DNA of 64,000 nucleotides from Tricharina praecox (Eukaryota): NCBI RefSeq assembly GCF_024521635.1, contig NW_026250422.1, positions 186,001 to 250,000 of the forward strand, read 5' to 3'. Shown piece by piece: positions 1 to 12,699 of this stretch (position 1 is its first letter; each line of letters starts with the position of its first letter). The notes under the pieces were generated by a model. It saw only the letters and a program-made list of their open reading frames with translations, ran no database searches and was not told where the DNA came from. The position numbers and the translations under genes were made by a program.

Positions 1-1697
1 ACCAGTCTCGCTCCATGAAAACAGTTGCCGAAACCGGGCTGTGGAACTGTGCTGCGATCGATCACCAGGATAGTTACGTCTACACGTGCACCTCATTGAG
101 GGGCCCACTGGATTACCCGCTGGGGCATCCGTTCCGAGACATTCGCTAGGTGCGATGTCGAGTGCACGGTTGGACACAGGCCAGCCGACATCGGCGGTGC
201 GACCGCAAGGAACCCTCTCCACTCCAGGCGGCGGGGCAGGCGGAGTACGACGTTCTACGGTTCCGCACCCCCTCGGGAGGCGGGGAGACGGACTTTGGAT
301 ATCACGCACCAGTGACCACCGCCGAAGCCGACGGAATTCGGCACGGTAAGAGGGCGCGGGCGGAAAAGTAACAGAGCGGAGGTCGTCGACACAGCAGCCC
401 AGTCAATGCCTATCGACCGAGTGGCATCATTCGTGGCCTCTGCGTAGGTAGGCGTCGTCGCCCCGCCGCCGCGACCGTTTCAGCCCTACAATACCTACAA
501 GCCTTGCTACGCGTAGGGTATGTAGGCATTGCGGGTCGCGGGGTAGATGGATAGATAGACTCAGCGGGAATGCGGGAAGGCTGCATGTGGGGGGCGAGGG
601 TGTACGTAAGAGCGTCGGAAATCCTGCATAACGGGGCCGAGCACAAGGTGCGGGAACGCGGCAGGTTACACATGCAACATTGAGATTCGAGTTACACCGT
701 GTCGATTGGCCTGGAGTTGCTCAGATCAATATGGCACTGTTTTGGAGCTGGAACTTGGAACCTGGATTTCGACTGAACGGTGCGCGAGATCCGATTCCGG
801 TTCCTTAGGTCCCAGGCCCTAGGCGTCGCGGATGCTCTGGAGTCAATGGGATATTTGGTATGAACTCCTGAATAACGGATTGCTTTGCCCGGGCGTGGAC
901 TTGCATAGTGAATAGGCATTCGAATGAATGGCTTACAGTGGAGAAATGATAGGTGGTGTTACAGCACGGATTTTGAGACGCTCGAGCACTCGCTTCGGGA
1001 TTTAGGCTGCTCTGCCATTGCAATCGTTGATCTGGTGATGCAGTTGGCAACGGTTGATCCAGGATTTCCAACCGACAAGCAGGCAGGCAGAATTCGTTTT
1101 CAGCTGAAAAGACCGGTATCACTGCATGCCTACACGCACACGTCCACGACGATGCAGACTCCGTGTTCGAGGCGTCCATGAATCTAACTGGTTACTGCAA
1201 ATCCGTCCACACCACTATCACTCACCCGGACCAGGCATGTCCGTGTCGAAACTATCACCACCACATCTAGTATCCCGCAGCTTCAGCTTCACGCCCGCTG
1301 AGGGATTTACGCCCTCCACGTCGTCCTGCTGCTGTATCGAACTCAGGGAGCTGAAGAGAATGTCGACGGCCGAACAGAGCTACGATCCAGGTGGTCACGA
1401 AGGTTCAGTTTGATAGGTTGGCTTGGAGATGCCATCACCGATGGAGATATCGTCCTCCAAGGTCACTAGTATCTTCAGAAGATCGTGGCAGAGTTCCAAA
1501 GGATAAATAGAGGGCTGTCGAACGCTTCATCTCTTCCCTTCCCTTTCTCTCCACAGCTAGAACCATCTCGAGACACTCACCCATACACACACCCACACAC
1601 ACGCACGTCTTCATCCAATCCTACCAGGTTCTCCACCTGCTCCCATCTCCTCCCCGCCTCGTTGCGAACATAACACCCTCCCAGACCACTCACCACA

Positions 1698-2230
1698 ATG
1701 ACGACCGAAGCCCCCCGATTCGACATCCAGGACAACAGCTACCGCATCAAGGAGGCGCGGCGCAACCGGTACCTGACGTTCGACGACGACGCGCACGACA
1801 ACGTGGTGACGATGGAGGACGCCAAGGTGTACTGGACTGTGCAGATGCGGTCCAACAGCGGTGATGCCACCATCACGGAGAAGAACTCTGAGAACGTGCT
1901 GGACTGCGAGGGCGGCGCGGGGCCGAACGTTATCCTCTACTCCATCAACGGCAACGGCACCGATAACCAGCGCTGGGTCATCACCGAGACTGGCGATGAC
2001 GATCATAGGTTCGTTTGTTCGTCTTGAGGGGATCGTTATGGGTGGAAGAGGGAATCGCGCTGGAGAGTGTCGCTGACGCTGGTGCGATAATATCTAGCCA
2101 GTACATCGAGTCCGTGCAGAACAACAACCACGTCCTGGTTGCCGACCCAGGCCACAGCCGCAAGTGCAACGTGCACATCGCGCGTAAGGGCAGCTCGGTC
2201 AACGAGAAGTGGGTCTTCGTCAAGCAGTAG
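1698..2230 (+). CDS. Ricin-B (beta-trefoil) lectin-like protein, 147 aa, no signal peptide; exons 1698-2008 and 2098-2230
   Basis: ORFs 1698..2027 and 2015..2230 join in frame across intron 2009-2097 (GTTCGT donor, GCTGAC branch, TAG acceptor). QxW-type motifs NQRW and NEKW plus 'NVLDCEGG'. Confidence 0.75.
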
Positions 2231-3205
2231 ATCGCGACGACCACCACGCGTCCTGGCGCGGTGCGGTCTTGACTCTTGAGGAGGAGCAGAGTATTTGGTT
2301 TTTTTTATGTGATGGGTTGCAGTTGGGATGCTAGCTAGCTGCTTGAGCGGGATGGGATTCATCATGCGTCATGAACATGATGCCATTCTTCTATACTCTC
2401 ATTTATTCGATCTTGGTCTGCAATTTTTTCCGTTGCTGCGGAAACACGCTCGAGTGATACGTTCCGCGAGTGATATATTGTGATGAGGCACACAGTCAAC
2501 CAACCACATGCAGCCCACCCCACCCATCCTTCTTCGGGCCAGAAACACATAGAAATGACAAGCAGACACACACACACACATACACTCTCGATTGGGCCCG
2601 CTCTACCCTACTATTGTCGTCCGAACTCACCAATAGACCCCCACACCCCGTATCTCAGGGCTCCGCAATCGAACGCCCGCAGTCGTGTCGCACCACTCGT
2701 GGACCGCGATCGATTTGACGTGATGTTATGTGATGTGATGTGTGCCTGCGGATATGCTAGAAGTGTGCTACCGCTAGCCGATGTATCATCCCGTCGTTGT
2801 TGGGACCTGCGAGCTCAACTTTCAAGATATACATACAGGCGAGCCGGGTATGGTGGCGAAGGTTGAAGGTCGGCGGAGGGTGTGGCGAGTGCATATTCTG
2901 CTGGGTGCGAGGACTCGGAAGAGAAAACAATGCAACTGCAATTTATTATAGTTTGAGGCCATCACGAATGCAACTTGCAACACCTATCGTGCTGTGAAAC
3001 TCTGCAAGGAAATAAAAGCAAGATGCCCCGCAATGACGGAAAAGAAATCCAGCCTGATATTATGCCAGCGGAACAGAAGGTCAAGGAGGGCCAATGAGCC
3101 ATAGGAAATCGGCCGTACGCTGCCACGACTCGTGTCTACATAATACATTGTAAGCGCAAACACTGGCGAACCAGACTGAGCAATGGGCGGCTGTCAGCCC
3201 GTCGT

Positions 3206-6200
3206 TTAACCCCTAATGGTATCTTGATTCGCTGGTAATCCGACTGTGGTCTCTTTCCTATTCCGTACCGCTGAGTTCACCGCCGTCAACACCTTATAGT
3301 CTTCGGCTTTAACTTTAGCGCCCCGATCCAGAAGCAACCGGACTGTCGCCCCGTCACCATCTAGAGCTGCGATGTGCAATGCCGTCTCCTCGGATAAGGT
3401 TTGGGCCTCAATGTTGGCGCCCCGCTCCAGAAGTAGTCGGACTGTGCTCTCTTTCCTATTCCGTGCCGCCGAGTGCAATGCCGTCCACCCGTTACGGTCT
3501 TTGGCCTCAATATCGGCGCCCAGGTCTAGGATTAGCCGGACTATCGCCTCGTCACCATTTTCTGCTGCCACGTGTAATGCCGTCTTCATGGACCAACCTT
3601 GGGCCTCAATGTTGGCGCCCCGGTCTAGAAGTAGCTGGAACATGGCTTGATTTCCCGCTAATGCCGCAACGTGCAATACTGTCGAACGTTTTCCGGCCTC
3701 GATATTGGCGCCCCGGTCCAGAAGCAACCCGACTGTCGCCTCGTCAACATTTCGTGCCGCCTTTTGCAATGCCGTCTCCCCGGAATAGGTTTGGGCCTCA
3801 ATATTGGCGCCCAGGTCTAGAAGTAGTCCGACTATGGTCTCTTTCCTATTCCGTACCGCCGAGTGCAACGCCGTCCACCCGTCATTGTCTTCGGCTTCGA
3901 TGTTGGCGCCCCGGTCTAGAAGCAACCGAATCATAGCCTCTTTTCCACTCTCTACCGCCCAGCGCAACGTGCTTTTCCCTTCAGTGTCCTTGACTTCGAT
4001 GTTGGCGCCCCGGTCCAGAAGCAGCCGAACTGTGGCCTCGTCTCCATCCTGTACGGCCAAGTGCAACGCTGCCCATCCGTCATGCTCTTTGGCTTCGATA
4101 TTTGCTCCCCGATCCAGAAGCAATCGGACTACACTCTCGTTTCCATTCCATGCCGCCGAGTGTAACGGCACCCATTCGCCATGGTCTTTGGCTTCGATGT
4201 TGGCGCCTCGATCCAGAAGCAGCCCAACTATGGCCTCATTGCCCTTCTGTGCTGCCGAATGCAATGCCGTCCGTCCCATGTTGTTTTTGGCCTTGATGTT
4301 GGCGCCGCGGTCTAGAAGAAACCGGGCTATAGCCTCGTTCCTGATCGTTGCCGCGATGTGAAGCGCCGTTTCTTCGTCATTGTTCTTGGCCTCAATGTTG
4401 GCGCCCTGGTCCAGAAGTAGCTGGACTGCGGTCTCTTTGCAATCCGATGCCCCCTGGTGCAACACCGTCCACCCCTTGTTGTCTTGTATCCCGATATTGG
4501 AGCCCCGATCCATGATCATTTGGACCACTTCCTGGTGCCCCGCTTCAACGGCGACGAAGAGTGCAGTGCGGCCGGTTGAATCCCGGACGTCGACACCAAC
4601 CCCCGAGTCCAACACCCCTCGTACGAATTCTGTGAAGCCAAAGTACGCAGCAATATGAAGCGGCGGAGGCGATCGATGGAAGAAAGAATGCGTAAAGTAA
4701 CTGTGAAATTGGTAGGATAGCTCGATTCTACTTCTGTACTGCACCAATTTCCCAAAATCCCCCGCCAAATCGCGGGCTTCTCTCGACTCTTTCGTTGCCC
4801 GCTTAGCATGGTCTACCCAATGAATGGCAGCATAAGAAAACAGTGCGGCTTCTGGATATCGAGTCTTCAGTTCATGCAACACTGTTGAGTGCGGCGCAAG
4901 ATAATCAACGGGTAGGGGGCCGTCTTCGAAATCATCAAACGACATATACCGCAAGCAGCTGGCAGCGAGCTCGACGTTGGCCACGTCTGTTGAAAGGTGC
5001 TCATTGAAACTGACTCTTCCGCCAGTTTCTGCTCCAAACTTGGATAGAAAGAACGTCTTCGCCGAGTCGGAAAGAAGGAAGTCCTTTGCCGATTGATGCA
5101 CAAGATGAACGGTGCCGGCCTCTATCTTGATCATGGGACCGAAAAGGGACCGAAGGGTTATTTCGAGATCCTGCTCCATCTCGTCCTGCAGGGAGGCTAT
5201 GCACGTAGAGTCAGGTCGCATAGCGATTGCGACCGTTAACTCGCGTACCGTCAAGGGACGCATGGCAAAGAGCACCCACTGAAGGATGAATCCCACTATC
5301 GTTTCGTCCTCGGGTTCGATGCCACTCAGGATATGCTTGTACACCTCTTCGAGATTCATCGGTAGGGCCTCCAGCTTCCTGAGGATGGCCCGACGATTTG
5401 TGGTCTTGGATTTCTTGAGATCGTCGAGGATCAATGAAACCCACAGGAACATTCCATTAGCACGGCGAATCAGTGTCTCCTGGATCTCGGTCGCCATCCC
5501 ACAGAATTGTCGTAGCTTTCCAACCTCGGCGGTGACGAATGTAGTAATGTCGGTATTCAGATTCGCGGCATCCAGGGGGATTAAGGTAACAGAGGTCATG
5601 TGCAGTAACACAGGTATGTGAGGACGGCTGGTTACGACCAGTTTCGGGTGACTTATGGCGGCCGATTCTTGAATGAGGGACTGTAAATGATCGAGAAACC
5701 GTATTCGTTGGTCATCACACTCGTCTGTAAGAATCAGCTGGGTGGACCGTAATTATTCTGTGTAGAGGGGGGAAAGCAATAGCCAAGATGCATTATTCGC
5801 TCAGCAGGCTCGAATAGCGACATCGATGCGTGTGCGGCGGTAGAATCGAAGAACAACGAGTAGGAATTGGGCCTACATACCGAGGGCATCGATCAACAGG
5901 CATAAAGGACGGATATGGTCGTCCTTCAAGATACGTCCAAGCACTCTCAGAAGCATGGGAAAATCCCACACCGTCAAGCCCCTGTGCATCACATACTGTG
6001 ATTCCGTTGAAAAGTGTACGAATGAATCCTGCTCTTGCCACAATATTTGCGCAAGGAGACTCGCCAGTATGGCATGTGGCGTCCTCAGGCGTTCATCCTT
6101 ATCGTTACAGAAGAAATAGGCGACTACATACTGCTTTCCGAAAGTTTCGGCTGCGTTTTCAATAGCAAGGTGTGCCGATAGAAATGCAGCCAGAACACTT

Positions 6201-8109
6201 TTCCCGCATCCTGGATCTCCGCGTATCCAAAGTACCGTCTTTCCGTCGTTCCGTGCCCAATTTTTGTAGCGTTTGTCGGCTGTCAACCATCCACAGGTAT
6301 CGCGATGTCGTGTAAAAAGTATTTCGTCGCGCTGAGCTTCACAATCTGTACCTTTCAAGCTCTTCAAACAGCTTACCACCTCCTTAACTGATGTCTAAGG
6401 TTAGCTTTGTAAATATAACGCTGCATATCCACAAGCGGGGCGCTCAAGACGATTGTAAGGAGAACGTGTGCACTTACGCGTAATCTTTCTTGAAATCTCT
6501 GTATAGGTTTAGTGGACGGTCGTACCCAACTGATTTATATGAAAGGAATCCCACCTCGCTGCCGAACAACCATATCTATGCACATCTTGATCTGCGTAAC
6601 CACACTTCTATACGTTTCGTTTGAAGGGTCGGGAAACTTGACAATGTCGCTATGGTTACTTGAAACGGGGATACGCTGTTCGTTCGGCAGAAACAGTTGG
6701 GCGGAGTCCTTGGTCACCATAATCGCCGGTGGTCCATCTCTCGTCCATTTTCCCGTTGTCGAAGACTGTAACCGATGAGTAAATAGATATAAAAAATGTA
6801 AGGAATGAGCCTTGCACCTTAGTAACTGTTGCCGTTTCCACGGTTTCGTAGAAGGTCACAACGTTACATTGGCTCAAGACTTCAACGAGGTCATCTGCCT
6901 GGGTTTCCAAAAATTCCGAACCGACTCGGAGTTGAAACAACAAATTTGCGACTTTATTGGGTTCTTCATTAACTGCCTCCTCTAGCTCGGCCGTCCGGAG
7001 GCCTTTTTGTGGGGTTCCAAAGAAACATATCGTCCGGGTTGCTTCGATGAGATCCTGATGCATCGAGTGGAGTTTGCACTGGAGCAAAGCCTATAGTTGA
7101 TTTGGGGGGCTCGGTTAGTCTTCATTTCGACGTGGTCTTCAACTGGCAGTTATATGTACTTGTAGTATAAGGATGCCACCCAGGCTGTGTCCAAGAAAAA
7201 CTATCGGACGCTTTCTCTCCTGAAACATTTAGGACCGAGTCGTTCACTGATCAATAACTACGGCCAAGTTTACGTACTTCTGGAGAACTTCTCGCGTTTG
7301 TCAAACTGGTAACGAAGGCCCTACGAAGGTCCAAGATACGCTTCGCCGGGTTTACGTTCGCTGGATCGGTGTCGTCGGCAGACTGAAGGGTGGTATCGTA
7401 ACCGTAGGTCATGATCCGAATGTTGTTGAACTCGCAGGGAAGGAAATCGTGGAGCCACATCCGATTTTTCGTCCGATTTTTCCACGACCCATACGCATGT
7501 CCAGCGAGCCCGGTTACAGCAACAACACTGGACACCCCGAATGGCAATCAGTATTTCCAAGTGACTAAGGAACGAAAGGGAGGTCGTCACGAACTCAGCA
7601 GCGATATTCTTTTTTGGATTGTTCAACGGTGTGAGGCCATAGAAATGTCGGTCGATCTGAAGATTCGTTTCCGAACCGCAACCTGGAAGAGTATCCGAAC
7701 CAGTGATGCTGAGCTGTCGGAACCACTCGAAGTATTCCACCAAGTTCAGCAGCGCCACTTGACCGTCACCACTACACGCCGGGTACAGCGACACTCGGTT
7801 GTGGCCCTTGTCCACAAAGCCGACACGCTTGAGATGCTCAACAAGGTCCTCCTTTCCCCAGGTAAGTGGGACATTCGATATCCGAAAGCACATCGGGCGG
7901 GATCTCGGCTCGGAAGAACGCGCTGTGTCGCTACCGGCGCGATCAAGAGGTGACCGCTCCGTTTCGGAGTACGTACTGCGCTTGGTGGATCTCGGGCTTG
8001 GCGGGGCTCCACCTGCTGCTCTCTTCCTCCGGCTGTTGACGGTGCTGGCCGTGCCCACAGATAGCTCCCCAACGGCAATACTCGGGATTGGGGCCAGGGG
8101 GAAATCCAT
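3206..8109 (-). CDS. Fungal NLR-like STAND protein: N-terminal RRM-like segment, SesB/SERAC1-like alpha/beta-hydrolase, NACHT and ~15 ankyrin repeats (~1451 aa, 8 exons)
   Basis: Exons 8109-7595, 7527-7278, 7219-7160, 7090-6818, 6765-6555, 6498-6478, 6387-5881 and 5724-3206 sum to 4356 nt in one frame. Motifs: DVVAVTGLAGHAYGSW, MWLHDFLP, RIMTYGYD, lipase box GHSLGG, FFGTPQKG, NHSDIVKF; Walker A GDPGCGKS; Walker B LLIDALDEC (split by an intron); VTSRP; ANGMFLWV; LVHQSAKDFL; repeated TALH..A..G....V.LLLDRGANIEA. Confidence 0.9.
3230..4670 (-). repeat. Array of ~99-bp ankyrin-coding repeats with high internal nucleotide conservation
   Basis: Recurring tgttggcgccccggtc(c/t)agaagc at ~99-bp spacing; 14 full units plus 1 truncated unit in the translation. 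Confidence 0.9.
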
Positions 8110-10324
8110 CGTGGGATCTCGAAGCTAATCCAGAGAGGTGGGGGAAGTGCGGGGGGGTTGGTTGATTAGGTCGTTCTATCTATTCGATAACGCGGTGCGA
8201 CTCCGTACGGGCTTGGCTCCAACAATGATGCATGGTACCTCTGCCGCGACTTGCGACACGAACAACCTCACCATGCCACACAGATACGAAATTAGAGCTT
8301 CGTGTTCGCGGAATCTCTTCTCCAAATTAATGACGTTCCATCTATTTCCCGGATTTATTGAACGGCATCGCGTCGCGTTTGAACTCCCTATACATATCCT
8401 TAGCTCTTCTTCTTTCTCATTTAGAGCTAACTAGCCAATCCCAAAAGCCAACGCCCAATGCCCATAGGTATAGGTGCCTAAGGTATATGGCAGCATATAT
8501 ACGGCTCCGATGTCTTTAGTAGGTGTTCCGCCGGATAGAGGACAGCGGTCGGTTGCACCTTTGGGGCCAATGCCTCCGGCTTTTGGCTAGGTAGTTCTTC
8601 TGGGGGGTGAGGGGGGTTTTACAGTGCTCCCGATAGCACAGTCCGGACTGCAGTCAAAATATGTAGCTGACCGATTAGAACCCGCCAAATCCTTTAGACG
8701 CAACATCACCGCAACTCCTGTTGCAAACAACAGTCTTATATCCTTCCTTCCAGCAGTTCACCTATCAACTTCAGGACCACTTTCAACAGCTGTATATCAA
8801 GATACTCGTATCCGTCACATCGATGCCTCGACCACGTGTTGAGAAGAGAAGAAAACTATATACAAGATACCAAGGCTAACTATAGTACAGCTGCAGTGAC
8901 GATCTCACTGCCGGACTCCGGACAAACCTCTGATAAAGTCGCCGATATTCAGGTTCCGTACTAGGTACCGTACACAGCTGTGGAAAATGAAACCATTGGC
9001 CCGGTGCCAATGAAGGCTCTACGGTTCCAGATGTGTTTCAAGGAAGCAAGGAAGCCGGGTTTGAAACACGTTCAAGTTATATATGGCTGCCGGAACTTGA
9101 TGGAATGGCATGGATACCAAATCGAGGGTGTTGCTACATGATGGAGATGTCAGACTCTATGTAGGAAGCTTTCATCACTGATCCCAAAATTTCCATTCAA
9201 AGTACCACTCCATGCATCCATGGAAGGGCCCGCGCATCGACAACTCGGCGGATCGTGGAAACCTTCAGCCTCGGTGTCTGGAATTGTTCTCTTTAATATT
9301 TATATCCCGCTTGTTAAAATATATGGGTAGACAGATGATTATATTCTATTCGATACCGAAAGAAGAACCTATCGTCCACGGCGAAGACCTCTATTTAAGA
9401 CCGAGAGGCCACCTAAGGTTGGCCGCCGAACAAAGTTGGCCGCTCATCAGACTTCGCCGGGCCCGCTCATCAGAGTTCGCCGCCGTGGCCGTCGAGACTC
9501 TTCCACCGCCAAACCTTAACCCGTGCCGAGATCTCCGGGCGACCAAAAGTTTGACGCCGCTCATAGTCAGCAACTCAGCATGAACCTAGCTCCAATTTCT
9601 GGAATGGTAGGTATCCTGGTCAGTGGTCGTCCGTCCGAACTTTAGGGACGGCCCGTCACGGTGTTCTTCACCGGCCCTATCCTAGTCTAGATCATCCTTC
9701 GTAGTGTACGGTACTATGGAACTACATGGAGACAGCATTCTTATGTATGTTGCTGAAGAAACCCATGGCATCCGCTTGTTTGCTTGTTTCGTTCGATCAT
9801 AGGTACACGCATTCAGCCAATCCTGGACTCATAGTATTTGCTCGACTGACGGGATGGCTTGGCTATAGTTATGAGTGACTATCACGACTCTAGATCCCAG
9901 CCCTCGTGGATACCTGTCTAGGTATTGTACCGGTGCGTCGATTGAGATATAGTTATGTAGGACTGGCGGTGGTCACCCTCTCCTTTCAATTAAATTTTCC
10001 TGTCCGATGCTATTAGGATTTTAGAATGGCTCCATATATCATTGCCATAGAAAGCATGAAGGCCGAATTAAGCTGCACGCGTCACTGCTGCCTTCACCAC
10101 TCGGATTCGGTCCCCGTCCTCGAGTCGATATCCTGTTGTGCGACCAACCACCACTGACCCCTACTCAGCGAACGCGGGGTTCATCGGTTCTCTCCCTCGA
10201 TCCCCACAGTTCTTCCTCTCAATTGTCCCAAGCAACAAGCCCAGCACCGCAACACCCACCGCCCAACTCGACTACCGTCTATCAAGTGTGTACACCGGGT
10301 CACCGAGCGAATCAGTAATCCAAG

Positions 10325-11743
10325 ATGACGATACTCACGGAAAATATGCTCGACCTGCACGCCGCATCCGGCGGAATAACGGACGAGGAAACCCTGCAAG
10401 CCATTATCGCGGTGCAGTTGGCGGACCTCGACGAAGCCCTGGCGCTCAGCAACCGCAAGGGCAAAGGCGTTGTAGGCGCTGAGTCCCCGCGGGTGTCGGC
10501 GGCCGAGAACCCGCTGCAAGCTTACCGCGACTATCTCAGTAAGGAAGCCATTTGCCTGGCCGATGCGAAGCTGGCGAGAAGTATGGACCAGGCGCTGAAA
10601 GAAGACGCGTTCATCATCGGCGAGGCCCTGCAATTCCTGCAGGATCGCCAATTGGCGATGGATCTGTCTGGGCATGTGGATGAGCCGGTTCGGGGCTTTT
10701 CTGTGCCTCGGATGATGCACACGCCTGGCGCGGATTCGAGACTGCCCATGGGATATGCCACCGGCTCTGGCACGTCCTCTGGCGTATCCTCATCCACCAG
10801 CCTCCCATGCGAGGCAGTTTGTTGTTCGTGTCTTGAGGATCACTTCTGCGTCACGGCACCGTGTGGGGACACGTACTGCCACAACTGCCTCAAGAAGGTA
10901 TTCCACAACGCGACTTGGGACGAGGAGCTGTTTCCCCCTCGCTGCCACAAACAGGAGATTCCGTTGTACCTCGCCCAGCCGTTTCTGCAGAAGGAGGAGA
11001 TTGCAGAGTTCAAGGCGAAGCGGGAGGAATTCACCTCCCACAATCGCGTCTACTGCCACAACAGCCAGTGCGGTGTCTTCATCCTGACGAAGAACATCGT
11101 GGACGACTGTGCAACCTGTAATGCGTGTGCCATGCGAACCGTAACACACCCCCATCTCACCCCCCTTCCTCTCCACCCCACTAACCATCCCAGTGCGTCA
11201 GCTGCAAACAACGGTACCACGGCAAAACCGACTGTCCCACCGACACAAACCTGAACAAGACGCTCGAACTAGCCGCAGCCAATGGCTGGCAGCGCTGCTA
11301 CACCTGCCACGCACTGGTCGAGCGCCTCTTCGGCTGCCAACACATCAGCTGGTAAGCCCTTCCCCTCCTGCCTCCCTCCCCCGCACAACTAACCAGCCTC
11401 CAGCAAATGCGGCGCCGAATTCTGCTACCGCTGCGGGCTCAAGTGGAAAACGTGCCAATGCGGCGACTGGGACGAGCGAGCGCTGGAGCGGCGGGCAGAG
11501 CAGCTCGCGATCCGCGAGGTTCTGGCGGACCGCCCCGCCGTGCCCGCACGCATCGCACACCGCACCAGGGAGATCCGGCAGCGCCTGCAGGAGCGCCACG
11601 TGTGCGAGCATGATGGTGAATGGCAGGTCTTGAACGGCCAACATAACTGCGAAATGTGTGGAGATAGGCTGAGGGCGTATATATGGAGCTGCGAGGGCTG
11701 CTCGGTGCTGGCGTGCACAAGGTGCAGGATGCATAGGGTCTGA
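10325..11743 (+). CDS. RBR (RING1-IBR-RING2) E3 ubiquitin ligase with an extra C-terminal Cys-rich finger; exons 10325-11140, 11194-11351, 11404-11743
   Basis: CCSC...PCGDTYCHNC, DEELFPPRC, IBR NRVYCHNSQCGVFI...CNAC...CVSCKQRYH...C, RING2 GWQRCYTCHALVERLFGCQHISCKCGAEFCYRCGLKWKTCQC. Both introns are GT-AG with CTAAC branch sites. Confidence 0.9.
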
Positions 11744-12513
11744 ACTTGGATGGGGGGTGATAGGGCCCGGGGTTGCGGGTGATACTTTTATATGGTGCTT
11801 ATGGTTAGCTATAATAGTGGTGAATATGGTTCTTATGGTATGTAGTGGTGGTTTACCAAAGTGTGTGCTTAGAGAGAGAGAGAGGACATCAATAAAACGA
11901 AAAACGAAAAACGAAAAACCGAGTTCGCGAGTGATTGCACGTGATTAGAACTCTTCTGAGCGTAGCTGGTACAAAGCACCTACCTAATTGCGATAGTTGG
12001 GTTACTTATCACTCGATCGCAACGTTTACGAAGCTGTCTCAATTACTCCAGTACATCTAGTACACTGGCGGCTAGGTATTGGCTAACTAACTGTTGGCTC
12101 CGACGTGTGGCGAACCTGCCTGGCTGCCGCTGCCGCCGCCGATGAAGACGATGGAAACGATGGAAACGCTGTACGTCGTCCATGGTCCGTGGTCCGTGTT
12201 CAGCGGAGGCGGCGGCGGATGTGGGAGTCGTCCATCTCCAGGTTTCCAATCCAACCCGGCGGATATGCGCCGAAGACGAACTACGCCTACTGGGCTACCA
12301 TAGGCAGTGACCACGCCCGCCCGCGCGCCCGCCCGCCGGCTTTGCAACTGCCAACACCCCCACACGATGTGCAGCAACTCCAGTGAATCCTGTCGAACGA
12401 CAATCTTCGCAGTAAAACTGTAAACAACGTATGTACCTATGTACGAAGGGTATATATAAAAATCCAGAAACAACATACAAGCTACCCGCTCGCGTCCTCG
12501 AGTCCAATCGTTC

Positions 12514-12666
12514 TCAATAAGCCATATCACCATCCGCGCCCCCATTTCCATTCCCAATCCCCGCCGCCGCAGGCACCGGCACCGTCAACGCGCCCTCATC
12601 CATCGCATCCCACCACTCGGGATCCATCCAGCCAGCGACACCTCCAATGCCCATTCCCATGCCCAT

Positions 12667-12699
<33 letters not shown>

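Noticed and set aside
3..371. Plus-strand frame open from the window edge to 371 except for one TAG at 147-149 (possible edited stop or splice acceptor)
   Set aside because: No recognisable domain and the upstream context is missing, so it cannot be told from chance.
3372..4658. Plus-strand ORFs with SMLAPRSRS repeats
   Set aside because: Antisense shadows of the ankyrin array.
8570..8600. ggcttttggctag resembling the U2 snRNA 5' stem
   Set aside because: No GTGTAGTA branch-pairing sequence or Sm site follows.
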